Part shown: piece by piece, positions 25,801 to 36,619 of the stretch
Layout of the letters: the number at the start of each line of letters is the position of its first letter
Numbering within the stretch: the stretch's first letter is position 1
DNA from: Mobula birostris
Lineage: Eukaryota
NCBI RefSeq assembly: GCF_030028105.1
Contig: NC_092378.1
Span: 40,217,967-40,281,966 of the forward strand
Length of the DNA: 64,000 nt
Direction: 5' to 3'
Notes under the pieces: model-generated
What the model was told of the DNA's origin: nothing
Databases searched by the model: none
Seen by the model: the letters and a program-made list of their open reading frames with translations, nothing else
Position numbers and translations under genes: made by a program

Positions 25801-28800
25801 GCCTATGACTAAAGTCACTTGGACCACATTTCTTCCCCATTCTGATGTTTGATCTGAACAACAACTGAACCGCTTGACAATATCTGCATGTTTTTATGCA
25901 TTGACTACAAGATTGGTTGATAAGATATTTGCATAAACGAGCAGTATACGGGCGCACCTAATAAAGTAACCACTGAGGTTAGATGCTGTTGATGTCAGCT
26001 GAAGGTGAAGGCTTGTTAGTTGCCATCTTGTGTGTCTGGACAACATGTAAATAGAGAGAGGTGAATGAGAACACAAGGGAGATGAAAAACACAACAACGT
26101 TATAATACTGAGATTAAAAATAACACATTTATCAGAAATTTAAAATAAACAGAAGACTGGAAATACTCAGCCAGTCAGGCAACATTGGTGGAGAGAGGAA
26201 AACTGGATTAGCATTACAGATTAATTACCTTAATGATAGGCTGTTATCTGAAATCATTGAATTCTGTTAGGTCACAGGAAATATGATGTGCCCAGATGAA
26301 AGGTAAAATACTGTTCCTCTATCTTATATTGAGGTTAAGTGGAATATTAAAAGAGGTCAAAGACAGAGTGATCAGAGTAAGTAAAATGCGCAATTGCCGT
26401 GACAGTTCACAGATCCAGGTATTTTCTACTGCACTAAATCTCTTCCACACACACACTCACTCACTCACCAAGGTCCCCATGTACAACATTTTTTCCATAT
26501 TTGAACAGAAATAAAGTTATATTATGTGAACTTATCAACATTACCTGGCTTGGAATCCTCAGCATGATCTGGTGTTACCACATGCTTTGTTTCTACTGTT
26601 TCATCTGTTGTGATTTCCTCTTGTGTCATGACTCCTTCAGCTGTACCATCTTCCACATGGTCTGAACTTTCAGGTTCTTCTATTCCACCAAATTAATATA
26701 AATAATATTAGTTTGTGGTACAAATAGAAAAATACTTGGGTTCTAAAAAATATAGAACCACATAACCTAACCACATAAAATCAAAATAATTGATCATAAG
26801 GCTAGCCGTTTTAAACATTGTCACAAAAGCAAGTGTAAATACCTTCCTATCAAATTGTTGGACATCAATGTGCACCTCCATACCTTTTCACAATGACTGG
26901 AGAAAGACAAGCAACCTTTCCACAAATAAAGTCTAGTTTTTAGAGCATTAGAAAGTTTTTGACAAGAACAGGCCATTCGGCCCAACAAAGCTTGCCAAAT
27001 TCCTATTCACATAGTGTGTTGAAATAATTATTTAGCTAAGATTTAAAAGTCTCTAAGGTACTACTTTCAACTACACAACCAGGTAGTTTGTTCTGCATGT
27101 CCACTACTCGCTGTGTAAAGAAATGCTTCCTGATGTTAGTCTGAAATCTCCCCTTAACAAGTCTCCACCTATGGCCCCGTGCCCTTGATGATGGATTAAT
27201 TTTGAAGTAGCAGCTGGCATTCACTTCACTTGTACCCTTAATGACTTTGAGCACTTCTATCATGTCTCCTCTCATTCTACGTCTGTATAGACTAAAATAC
27301 ATAATTATTTCAAACTTTCTTTATAGCTCATACCCTGCAGACCTGAAGTCTAGCCATCCTTCTCTGGACTCTCTCCAGTGCCTTCACGTCCCTCACACAA
27401 TATGGGGACCAAAATTGTATGCAATATTCAAGGCATGGCCTCACAAGTGCATTGTACAGCTTAAGGAAAATATCTCTTGACTTGAACTCCACTGAGCACA
27501 TTATATAGCCCAACATTCTATTAGCCTTCCTAATCGCTTCTGTGCATTGTCTAGATGTTGATAGTGATGAGTCTACCAGGATGTCCAAATCCTTCTCATA
27601 CACAGCAATTCCAACTCAAGACCCCCCATCGTATAGTTATATCTAATATTTCCCCTTCTTATATTTAATACTTTATCTTTACTTACATAAACCTTCATCT
27701 GCCATTTATCTGCCCACATCTGGGTTTTGTTTAGGTCTAACTGTATTGATTCTGTTGCCTAAATGTTATCAACCCGTCCCTCTAATTACGTGTTCCCAGC
27801 AAACCTAACTTGTTTACTTGTTATGTGTTTATCCAAACCATTAATGTAAATTAAAAATAGCAGCAGCCCCAAAACCAATCTCTGCAGAACCCCACTTTTA
27901 ACATTTTCTAGGTGTAAAAATGATCCCCTCAACCTTAACTCATTGTATTCTGTTTTTGAGCCAATTCTGTACCCATTCGCACACCTTACCCTGAATCCCT
28001 ATCTCCTGTAATTTGATTATTAACGTCACGTTGAGTACCTTGTCAAAAACCTTCTGAAAGTCCAAGTAGATGATATCAACTACTCTAATGTTATCATAAA
28101 CTTTAGTTGTCTCCTCATAGGACTCCTGCATATTAGTAAAACATGATTTCCCCTTTCTGAACCCATGCTGGCTTTCTGCTAACATGCCTGTACTTATCAG
28201 CTGCTTTTCCATCTCATTCTTTATTATTGTTTCCATTACCTTGCCTTTGATACATGTTAAGCTTACTGGTTTATAGTTACCAGGGTCAGTGTGGTCACGA
28301 TTCTTATACACTGGACAACATAGCCCATTTCCAGTCCTTAGGATTTCACCAGTCTTCAATGACTTTTGAAAAATATATGTTAGAGGTTTGTATATATAAT
28401 CACAGACCTCTTTAAGTAGCCTTGAATATATGTTCTCTGGTCCTGGAGATTTATTAACTTTCAGCCTTTTCAGCTGAAGCAAGATCTCACTTTCTAAGTT
28501 CTCTAAGTCACTTAAAACTATCTTATTTTTCTCTACACATACTGGCATATTGCTGACATCTTCACAGGTGAATATTTTAGCAAAATATGAATTAAGAATA
28601 TCTGCTATGTCCTTCTCTGTATAATTTAATACCCCACTATTATTCCTAATACACTTAACTTCCTCCTTGACTTTTCTGATTTTTCTTTTACTACTAAAAT
28701 ATTGAAAAAAAAATGCTTAGGGTCAATCTTAGCATTATCAGCAATATCCTTATCAACCTGCCTCTTAGCAATCCAAATTTCCCTCTTGACTGTAGCTCTC

Positions 28801-31526
28801 ATATTTTCATATGTCCTATGATTAACATCATTTTTATTTTTTCTGTATTCCTTATACAGCTGTCTTTTCAATATTTTTGATGTATATCTATATTCATCCA
28901 TGTAGTTGAACTATTTTTTTTATTGCTTCTTCCGATCTTGGGTATAAACATTTCCTACACTGCATGTATTACCTCTTTAAATCAACCCCACAGTTCTTCA
29001 ACCGGCTCAACATCAAGCAGATCCTTCCAGTTTACCTTCTGAAGTCTTTGCCACATCTGCACAAACTTTGCCTTTCTGAAATCCAACTTAATGGCTTTGG
29101 TTTTACTGATATACTCTCCCAAAGACTTGGAGACTAACAATGTTATGATCACTTGTTCGTAAATGCTCAACAACTTCCATACTCAAAATTCTATTCTGAT
29201 TGTTACAGAATATCAAATCTAGATAGGCCTCCCCTCTTGTTGGTGTATTAACATACTGGGTCAAAAAACAATCAATCAATATCACAATTAATTCAATTTC
29301 CTGTAATCCATTAGTCACTGGGTTCTCCCACTCAATATTTGGGAAGTTAAAGTCATACATCACTATAACATTACCCTCAGAACTTGTTTCTTTTTAATAT
29401 TCTGATAGAGTTATTTATTAAAATCATGACCAGCATTGGGGGGTGTATAAAGTACACCCAGTATTATTCTTTTATCCTTATAGCTTTCAATTCTCACCCA
29501 GCTATGTTCACTAAGTCTCGATTCATCTCCTATCGTAAGCAGCATCACATTTAAATTCTCTCTTATGCATACAGCTACTCCTCCACCTTCACGATCTTGC
29601 CTATCTTTCCTAAGTAAAGTATATCATTTAATACTATATTTATCACCATGTTTTGAGGTCAGTCAGGTTTCAGTTATTGCTATTACATCAAATTTATATG
29701 CACTTGTACATTATTCTAGCTCACTTATTTTATTCTTAATACTTCCTGCATTTATACAGGCCATCCGTAGTCTATTACTGATGTATTTCATCCTATTCTG
29801 ACCCACTTGTATATTTTTGAAGCCTGTAATTGGTTTACGTCCTAATATGTTATTCTCCACTAAGGTGTTTATAATTGTGCCTGGCCTCTTCTGAGTTCCC
29901 TGTACCCCATTCCCTAGTTTAAACAGTCCTCAACCAACTGAAGCATACGCCTGCCCAGTACATTAGTGCCCCTCCAGTTGAAATGCAACCCGTCCAGCGG
30001 TACAGCTTCCATGTCCCCCAAAAGGCATCCCAATGTCCCATAAACCCATGCCCCTCTAATCTACACCATGATTTGAGCCGTGCGTTAAATCTTCTAATCC
30101 CCTCTATCTTATCTAGACTGGCATGTGGCACAGGCAGAACTTCTGAGAAGACTATCTTGTCAGTTCTATTCCGAAACTTCCCACCTAACTCTTTAAATTT
30201 GTCTTGAAGAACAGGCAGCCTGCCCTTACCCATGTCATTTGTTCTGATGTGGACAATGACTACTAGATCCACCCCAGCTCTGGCCAGTAGCTTATCTATT
30301 CATCCAGGGACATTTCCTACTTGTGCTCCTGGTAGGCAACACACTGTATAAGATTCCTTGTCAGTACTGACCTGATTCTCAAACCCCCTTCCTCCCCCAC
30401 CCCCCGATAATCGAGTCCCCTATTATAACTACTTTTTTTTTTACAGGGTTTAGGGATAGGATTAGAGGGTCCTGCGGGGCTCCTCTGTACTGCCTACCAT
30501 CTCAGAGTACTTCACCAATTATCAAACAAAAAGGAAGAAACCATCTTGTTGACTTGCCAATTATGAGATGTCACCTATCCTAATTTCCCTTCCACCAATC
30601 ATCAAACTCTAATGCTTCCCTCTGTCATGTCTCTCACTCAGCTGTTGGCACACTGCTTATTTGTGGAGGGCCAGGAAATGTATGTGGCAGATTGTACAAA
30701 GTGTAGCAGAGCCAAACATCTGAGAAGAGTATCTTTTAAAAAAAGATATCAAAGCATTAGAGCATAATGTAAAATAGATGCCAATGCCAAAGCAAAAATA
30801 TTGCTTTGTGTATTTCAGTCAAAGAACCTAAGCAAGAAGGTAATGCTAGACTTGTGTACAAGACCACTCTGGCCATAGCTAGCGATCTGGTCACTACATT
30901 AAGGAAATGTGTGACAACAATAGACAAGGTTCAGAGGAGGCTTACATGGATGCTGTCAGGTGGGGAAAAGCTGAGTTATGAGAAAAGTCGCTTTATGAGA
31001 GTTAAGTTGAGATCCTTGGCACAGGATAGCTGAAGGGTGATTTAATCAAGGTGTAAAAAATTGGGCCAAAAGTTGATGATATGAAAAAAAAATTCTCTTA
31101 GAAGAGAAGTTAATAACTAGGAGATACATTTTATATAATAGGCAGAATGATTTAAAAAATTTACTGAAACACACTGGCTAAATTGGTGGAAGAAGCAGAA
31201 AGCCTGAGCATATTTAAACACTTGCAAGACTACAGACTAAGAGAGAAAATCCTCATGGTAATAAAGATAAAACTTTTAGAGCTTGATTCACCTGAATGTA
31301 ACATAGCAGTATTATCAATTTTGGTTGATGCATCAACCATCCCATCTGCTGGTTTGTCAGAAGGATACTCCTGTGACACTTCATCAGTGTGTGTGTGCTG
31401 ATCGGAAGGGCTTTCCACTACTTCAGGATCATCACTTGGTTCTTGTGTTGCATGGGTAAAGTCTTCCTTCTCCAGCGAATCACCTTGCTCCTGAGTTTCC
31501 AGCATATGCTTTTCATTTTCTGCCAT
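2896..31526 (-). CDS. IQUB: IQ motif and ubiquitin-like domain-containing protein, 5' part (multi-exon; 3' exons lie left of the window)
   Basis: The spliced junction DFASSTAT|VKVALLPSDDVMTVALPICLTIGKLKSRFGRQLKLPTQVLQVTCDG matches the recalled vertebrate IQUB start of the ubiquitin-like domain (..DSLATVKVVLIP..LQIRYSG). Synteny with NDUFA5 and ASB15 agrees. Proposed coding exons: 31292-31526, 26545-26679, 23540-23665, 20282-~20407, 15934-~16047, 14620-14745, 3488-3619, 2896-3030, all ending in phase-1 GT donors. Confidence 0.88.
3488..3619 (-). CDS. IQUB: IQUB exon preceding the ubiquitin-like domain (132 nt, phase 1-1)
   Basis: ttttcctcatttag acceptor and G|gtaac donor. Ends PDFASSTAT, matching the IQUB ..DSLAT motif. 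Confidence 0.85.
4140..4795 (+). mobile_element. Non-autonomous retroelement (SINE-like), second copy at ~40430-40880
   Basis: Starts AAGATGGTGGTGCG and ends tgacaataaacgaggactgagtgtcctcataatc(taatc). Colinear with 40430-40880. Confidence 0.65.
4926..6202 (+). mobile_element. hAT (Charlie/Buster-type) deletion derivative
   Basis: CAGGGTTTCTCAAC left end. Two possible right ends (~6105 and 6202, GTTGGGAACCACTG) with imperfect 8-bp TSDs (ctttaaag). Internal BED-finger remnant LVCGKQLTNTAMAPAKLKRHL at ~5580-5650. Confidence 0.75.
6460..11158 (-). mobile_element. Degenerate full-length Ty3/Gypsy LTR retrotransposon
   Basis: LTRs at 6460-6730 and 10922-11158. TSD atggc/atgga. PBS-like TGGTGA after the 5' LTR and PPT before the 3' LTR. 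Gag zinc-knuckle remnant (CRKCNK), protease ELDTG, RT/RNase H remnants and integrase (VDAATKWPE, VSDNGP, APYHPATNGLA) in PR-RT-RH-IN order, with many stops and frameshifts. Confidence 0.93.
11164..11690. mobile_element. Tc1-derived MITE (left TIR split by the Gypsy element)
   Basis: Colinear with 24563-25979. Right end ggtgtacctaacaaagtggccactgag. Confidence 0.75.
12010..14473 (+). mobile_element. CR1 LINE, 5'-truncated (APE endonuclease C-terminus + RT), few disablements
   Basis: [52 protein letters not shown]; (ttctat)n tail. Confidence 0.95.
14620..14745 (-). CDS. IQUB: IQUB N-terminal exon (126 nt, phase 1-1)
   Basis: Open frame (A)IEPSLTCEELKKKLEAQIQAIEEVHGKIEPAVSESPVSKTK, with tgtccag acceptor and G|gtaaag donor, in non-repeat DNA. 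Confidence 0.65.
15015..15310 (+). mobile_element. Old V-SINE / HE1-like SINE
   Basis: V-domain-like tgtggagtttcacatcctccctgtgacc...ttcctcccatgtctcaaaaacacgctggtaagttaact. Confidence 0.55.
15934..16047 (-). CDS. IQUB: IQUB N-terminal exon candidate (phase-1 donor; acceptor uncertain)
   Basis: Open frame GGPTVTDGSSRGMEGTASLDPTKFTASIAPDQSNERSG with G|gtatat donor. Resembles the 20282 exon. Confidence 0.5.
16170..16990 (+). repeat. Second copy of the repeat family at 165-1540, with internal (TA)n
   Basis: Shared blocks and terminal aaacatgaacttgaact. Confidence 0.6.
17130..17812 (+). mobile_element. Ancient CR1 RT fragment
   Basis: Decayed LNQYFA, QHGFMK and P-Q-T-S-V-M-G-P ([10 protein letters not shown]) motifs. 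Confidence 0.55.
18110..18566 (+). mobile_element. CR1 3' fragment
   Basis: MIEVYKILR...TRGHGFKVRGGKFKGDVRGRFFTQRVVGAWNALP; (ttctatg)n tail. Confidence 0.9.
20282..20407 (-). CDS. IQUB: IQUB N-terminal exon candidate (126 nt if ctaacag acceptor)
   Basis: Open frame ATESLIIDCSKIHMGEAAIILDCFKCTTTESSTSGPSHEMPE. G|gtaatgt donor, identical to that of the 26545 exon. Confidence 0.55.
20730..21180 (+). mobile_element. LINE 3' end (Rex1/Babar-like)
   Basis: RKAVSIIKDP..P motif; ends ggtgataataaacctaattctgat. A similar tail occurs at 38540-38750. Confidence 0.65.
23540..23665 (-). CDS. IQUB: IQUB N-terminal exon (126 nt, phase 1-1)
   Basis: (V)DSEIINHGVGEGPTAEVIMDETMGKSPIATPEANLADVTKT, with ggaatag acceptor and G|gtaatat donor. 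Confidence 0.7.
24563..25979. mobile_element. Tc1-derived MITE carrying a nested LINE
   Basis: TIR-like cactcagtggctatttcattgggcacc and cacctaataaagtaaccactgag. Same family as 11164-11690. Confidence 0.75.
24941..25810 (+). mobile_element. Rex1/Babar LINE, 5'-truncated
   Basis: KFSDDSAIV, LNVKKTKELVVD, YRYLGVRIDNKLDWSKN..KKGQSRLYFLRRLRSF. TSD aaagtca at 24934-24940 and 25811-25817. Confidence 0.9.
26545..26679 (-). CDS. IQUB: IQUB N-terminal exon (135 nt, phase 1-1)
   Basis: Acidic peptide (E)EPESSDHVEDGTAEGVMTQEEITTDETVETKHVVTPDHAEDSKP, with ggaatag acceptor and G|gtaatgt donor. Confidence 0.72.
26940..30500 (-). mobile_element. Near full-length degenerate CR1 LINE with SGNH-esterase ORF1
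   Basis: ORF1 block I VIIGDSII (~30410-30430) and VHIRTND. ORF2 APE (DFNFPNIEW, PTRGEAYLDL, SDHN) and RT (GNYKPVSLT, LDFQKVFDKV). 3' FFTQRVV and tandem tail. Confidence 0.93.
31292..31526 (-). CDS. IQUB: IQUB first coding exon (ATG at 31526, 78 codons + 1 nt)
   Basis: MAENEKHMLETQEQGDSLEKED...MLHS, acidic low-complexity like the IQUB N-terminus. aaATGG Kozak context, upstream pyrimidine tract, G|gtgaat donor. Confidence 0.75.
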
Positions 31527-34084
31527 TTCTCATAACAAAACAGAAAGATTAAGTCCTTCTGACAACTATTCCAAGACATAAGAGCAGCCTGGTTTCTTAA
31601 ATCTAGATGTTTGCAATAACCTCATCAATCCTTCTAACGGCATAGACCTGTTAAATGTAGAAAGCAAAACTAATTTGCACCAATTCAAAATGTTTAATCA
31701 CTTATTTTCCATTGGAATGAAATTATGATAGATATATGCCAGGATATAAATCTTCTTCCTCTCTATATTTCAATAGTGATTACATTTCAAAGTGCATTGT
31801 TCAAGTAATGATTTCAATTTGGTAAAGCACTTTGGATTGTCCTGAGTTTGAAAAATATGATATACAAATATAAGTTCTCTAATCTCTGATTTGCTGTTCC
31901 CATCTGAAACTAATGGAATAGGATTTCTTAGCAGCACTGCCACCTTGATTTTGTGTACCATTGTGTCTGATGGTACAGAAGGGATTATGGAATATTTGAC
32001 CAGGCTAACATGCCTACTGCATGCGCAAAGTTGTTTTAGTTCTGAACTTCACCTTTAAAATTCATTCTGTTGCTTCAGGTGTCTTCCCCACCTAAGTGTC
32101 TCAATAGTGGGCTCATCTTACTTTTACAAAGACAAGGGAAGATACGTTTTAATTCAGGGATTAACAGTAATTATAAAGGACCAAAGCATAAGAGACTTGT
32201 TTTATGAAATATAGAAAAGGGCTGCTGTTAAGCTAAGCTTCCTGTCCACCTTCCCATTGAATAATTTGCCCTTTCAAAGCCATTTCTTAGAAAATTCATG
32301 CTGAACCACTTATAGCTACTAGTCTCACAAAAACAAAATTAACAAACTTCTGCTTTCCTGCTGGACCTATGCCTGCTGTAGACACAAATCCAGTTCCATG
32401 TTTTAGAGAAAGCAAGGCAAAGTGATAGAGACTCCATGGCACGGGATTCCTCATTCCTTACTCCAAGGGAAAAGGTATGGACTCAGTGGCAAAAAAAATT
32501 GGGAAAATGATTAGGAACATTCTCTTCCGTATGGAAAACAATACCAAGCGACACAAATCTCTCCACATAATTTGAAGTACCATATCCCTGGCACAATTTC
32601 GGTAAATCTTTCCCAAGCCCTTTACAGCTTCCCAAAAGTGTCTCCCAATAATTTGGCAAAGTATATCAGTTGTGGTATAGCTATAATTTATTCTTTTTTT
32701 TTGTTCTCTATGGTTGCGCATAAAATGAAGAATTCCAGGTGTAAAGTTATGACCCTCAACTTTCCTGCAATTTATAAAGATCCAAGCACAATTCATCTTC
32801 TCATTTAACCGATAAGCACACACAGAGTGCCATTCTCTACTCACTCATTTTAAAGAGCAGTGTGGAGAGCTCATACGGCTATAGAGCTATGGCTTGGAGG
32901 CTCTCAGGAAGCCACTTCAAGGACTGGTCATGTACAAGGATAATATACACCATCATTGCTGTACTTTTTAAGTTACTTTGCCTCACATTACCTTTTTCCT
33001 CTGACTAATATGTATCACAACATTCCTCCCCACATTTAATCCTCTTTGATACAAATCTGTCCATTTCACCATTATTTCCATTCTCCTGAAATTTTTTGTA
33101 TCCCCCTTCATTGTTTTCATGTTAAGCTACCTACATATTGATAAATAATGTGGGCACACCCACAAGTAAATCATTAATTTATATCTTGAAGAGCAAATGT
33201 ACAAATACTGTCTCCTGAAAAACATTCACACTGGACTAATAAAAATAATTATCAATACTTTGGGTAACCTCACACCACTTTGGAATGCGAAGGATTTTTT
33301 AAGCTTTGTAATATCTCTGTATTATAAGCATCACTACCATACCAGGGAACACTTCCAAGGATTCAGTCCCAAGAATTTGGGCTTCAGGTTCTTTTGGCAT
33401 GAGTAGTCACCAATGTTTGGTGTACATGGAGCTTGTCACTACCAACTATTGTAAGACTGCGTGCAGATTCATGTTTCCAAGGCACCGTGGTTTACCTCAG
33501 GCTAATTGCTTTAACATTCATGGATGTTCAGCTTTAAAATCTTTAATTAAAGTTTACTACTAAATATGCAACTCAGGAACAAGTCATTATGTCACCTTCT
33601 AAACAAATGTTGTTTGATATAACTTTGTTGTTTCACTATCAAAAACAGTAACCTATTTTCATACTCTCCCTTCGATCTCACGCAAAAAAGTTTTATCATC
33701 TCACAGAAAAAAAGTTTTACATTTAACATGCATTTCAGAGATTTAACTTTTTCTACCACTTTAGCTTGCAACCATAGAGTCTTTACAAAGTCTACAATGT
33801 TCTTAAGACACAATTCTGTCTTTTTTGAAACTTCTCCAGTTTTACTTGTCAAATAAATTGCTTCCTAAATGTGCTGCTGGATTGCTGTTATATTAAACAT
33901 AAGTAACAGGCTAATAATCAGACCCAATTCCTTGCAGGCCTGGGAGAAGTGATCCATCAAGCTCTGGAGGTGCTGCGAAGTGTGGTTGCGACTGCTGTAT
34001 CATCAGCAAACAGTATGCCTCTGATCATATCCTCATGCACTTTAGTTTTGGCTCTTAGGCAGGCAAGGTTAAAAACCCTGTTAT

Positions 34085-35312
34085 CTCTTTCCAACATTTT
34101 TATTAATTTATATATATAAGAATACACAGTACAGGAAAAAAATATCTATATGTCAATACATTAAACTAAATTGCATATAAAGACTCTTTACCTCATATTC
34201 GTACAAGTCAATTAGTTCGAAACACTGAAAAATAATCTTATTATATAAAAAAAATCTAACCCACTACCAAGTCCGAAGCTGATTAGTAGAAAAAAAAGAA
34301 AAAAGATTGTTAGTCATCATCTGTGCTTTAACAGCTGTGACGAGAAACCAAGTTATCAGAAGATTGATGCTAATGAGAGAGAGATAAGAGAGACAAAGAG
34401 AGAAGCGTTCAAAACATTAATGAGAGAGAAGAGAGATTAACGAAAAGAGACACAGTTCTGAGTATTGACAGACCGGTTGCTTTGAACCTGAACTGTTTGA
34501 AGTTTGATGGACAGGCGATACCCCAGCAGGGGGATAAAAAGAACAGGTTCGCTAAGGCACGACACACCACGAGATCACGAGATAACGAGACCCTGGAAGA
34601 GTGGTGTGCCCCCACAAGTTGGTGAGAGTTTGGAGGTCTGGTTCGAGGGAACCAACCATAGACTCACAGGGTGAAGAGGTACGATCGGCGGGAACCTGGG
34701 GTGTGTGTCCGCCCTTGCCTGGGTGCCGGGTTCACCACGGAAGAACAGTCGTATCCGGAACGGAGGGGTTACAGTCGGTGACCACAGCAGGATAGAAGAC
34801 ATAAAAGGGTCCACCCAAAAGCCAACTGCAAAGAACATCAAAGGTCTGCTGAATCAAAATTTGCATATCTCTCTCTCTCTCTCTCTCCAACAGCACAACA
34901 GCGATTACTGCGAACTGTACTAAGCTGAACTGAACTCTGCATCACTTGAGACTGATCGTTTTACCCCTAGACTGCGATAGAGCTTGGTTGATTCCTATTA
35001 ACCTAGTTCTGTGTACATGTGTGTTTTATCATTGCTAACCTGTTGCATTTATATCTTTGCGATTAGAGTGCTGTGTTACTTATTTCTTTAATAAAACTTT
35101 ATTAGTTTCCAGTAATCCAGACTCCAACTAGTGGTCCATTTCTGCTGGTTTGGCAACCCAGTTATGGGGTACGCAACACAGCAAATCAAAGGTTTTGAAA
35201 ATAATTCAGAAAAGGTCCCCACAATGTTTGAAAGCCTTGATTAGATTCAAAGATTGAACATTGAATCTTCTCTAAATTTAAACATGACATCACATCACGT
35301 AATCACTGGGTG
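34085..35312 (-). mobile_element. L1/Tx1-like 3' end hosting the solo LTR
   Basis: Minus-strand C-terminal F..LWGPF-type motif (aaaaggtcccca on plus) and a 3' AATAAA near 34100. The two halves join across the LTR. Confidence 0.55.
34336..35178 (+). mobile_element. Solo LTR (Gypsy-type)
   Basis: TGT...ACA termini and perfect 4-bp TSD CAGC (34332-34335, 35179-35182). TATA-like ggataaaaa at ~34532 and AATAAA at ~35090. CpG-rich. Confidence 0.88.
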
Positions 35313-35314
35313 TA

Positions 35315-36475
35315 AAACCCTGCTATCTGATCTAGTGTGGAGATAGATCCCCTCTGCTGCAGTGCCAAATGTGTGTCCCAGAAGAAGGACAAAGAAGATC
35401 CTGAAGACTGCTGGGGTGAGAACACAGCCTTGCATAACACCGTTGCTCATGTCAAAGGGCTCCAAAGAGCTGCCATTGTACTGCACAGTCCCCTTCTTCA
35501 CTCTGCTGTCGTGGTGGACAGCCCATCTTAGAGAGGATCTGAAAGAGCCAGTCTCTGCTGACTAACTCAGTTATGTTAGTGAGATCAATAAACTCAACGT
35601 AGAGGTGCTTCTTTTGTTTTCCGCACTTCTCTTGCAGTTAGGACAAGACGAGGAGACACCACCAGTCATTGCCATTGTTAACTACAAAGTGGATGTTGTT
35701 CATCAGTTCACGTACCTTGGATCCATGATCAGTGACAACCCATCCTTGGATACAGAAATTGACAAGTGCATTGGGAAGGCTGCAACAACACTTGCTTGCC
35801 TCACTACACAGGTCAGGGAGAACTCCAAGCTCTCAATCAAAATAAAGATGACAGTGTACAACACATGTGCCATCAGCACACTGCTGTACAGCAGTGAAGC
35901 CTGGACAACATATTCCAAGTAGGAGAGAAAGCTCAACATCTTCCATTTAAGATGTCTTTATTGTAGCTTGGGCATCTCCTGGAGAGACAGAGTACCCAAT
36001 GTTGAGGTTCTCTCCTGTGCCGGCCTCCTAAGTGTGTACACCCTGCTCAGGCAGCATAGGCTGGGCTGGCTGGGCTGGCTGGGCCATTTCTGCCGCATGC
36101 AGGATGGCCGCATCCTAGAGGACATCCTCTATGGTGAGCTGGCTTCAGGCAAGAGAACGGTGGGCCACCCGCCACTGCACTACAAGTATGTCTGCAAGCA
36201 GGACATGAAGGCGCTGGACATCAACACTGAGTCCTGGGAGGAATTTGCAGCTGACTGCACCAAGTGGAGAAGCACCCTGAAATCTTAAGTCAAGTGAGGA
36301 AAAATTCCTGATCAATGGCCCCATAGAAAGGAAAACTAAATCTCCAGCAAAGTTGAGAACAGTTATAGATGCAACAACCTTTGCAACAGAGACCGCCACT
36401 CTCACATTGATCTCCTCACCCACAGCCAGGATGTAACATCCACTATCGACCTCAACCAATAGAGGGCCACTAAAC
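35315..36475. mobile_element. RTE (BovB-like) LINE with inverted 5' segment
   Basis: 35315-~35630 is on the minus strand (GSSLEPFDMSNGVMQGCVLTPAVF). ~35635-36475 is on the plus strand (FTYLGSMISDN..EIDKCIGKAA, LRQHRLGWLG, ILYGELASGKR). Confidence 0.85.
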
Positions 36476-36619
36476 ATAAGTAACAGGTCACAAGAACTTC
36501 AAATAAATGTGCTTACTTCATTCTAATAACTGCAAGGATTTTGCTATATTGTGCTAATCCATCTCTCCCTCCCTCCCTCCCTCATGACAGAATATAATGT
36601 AAGGAAGTACATGATGCAA

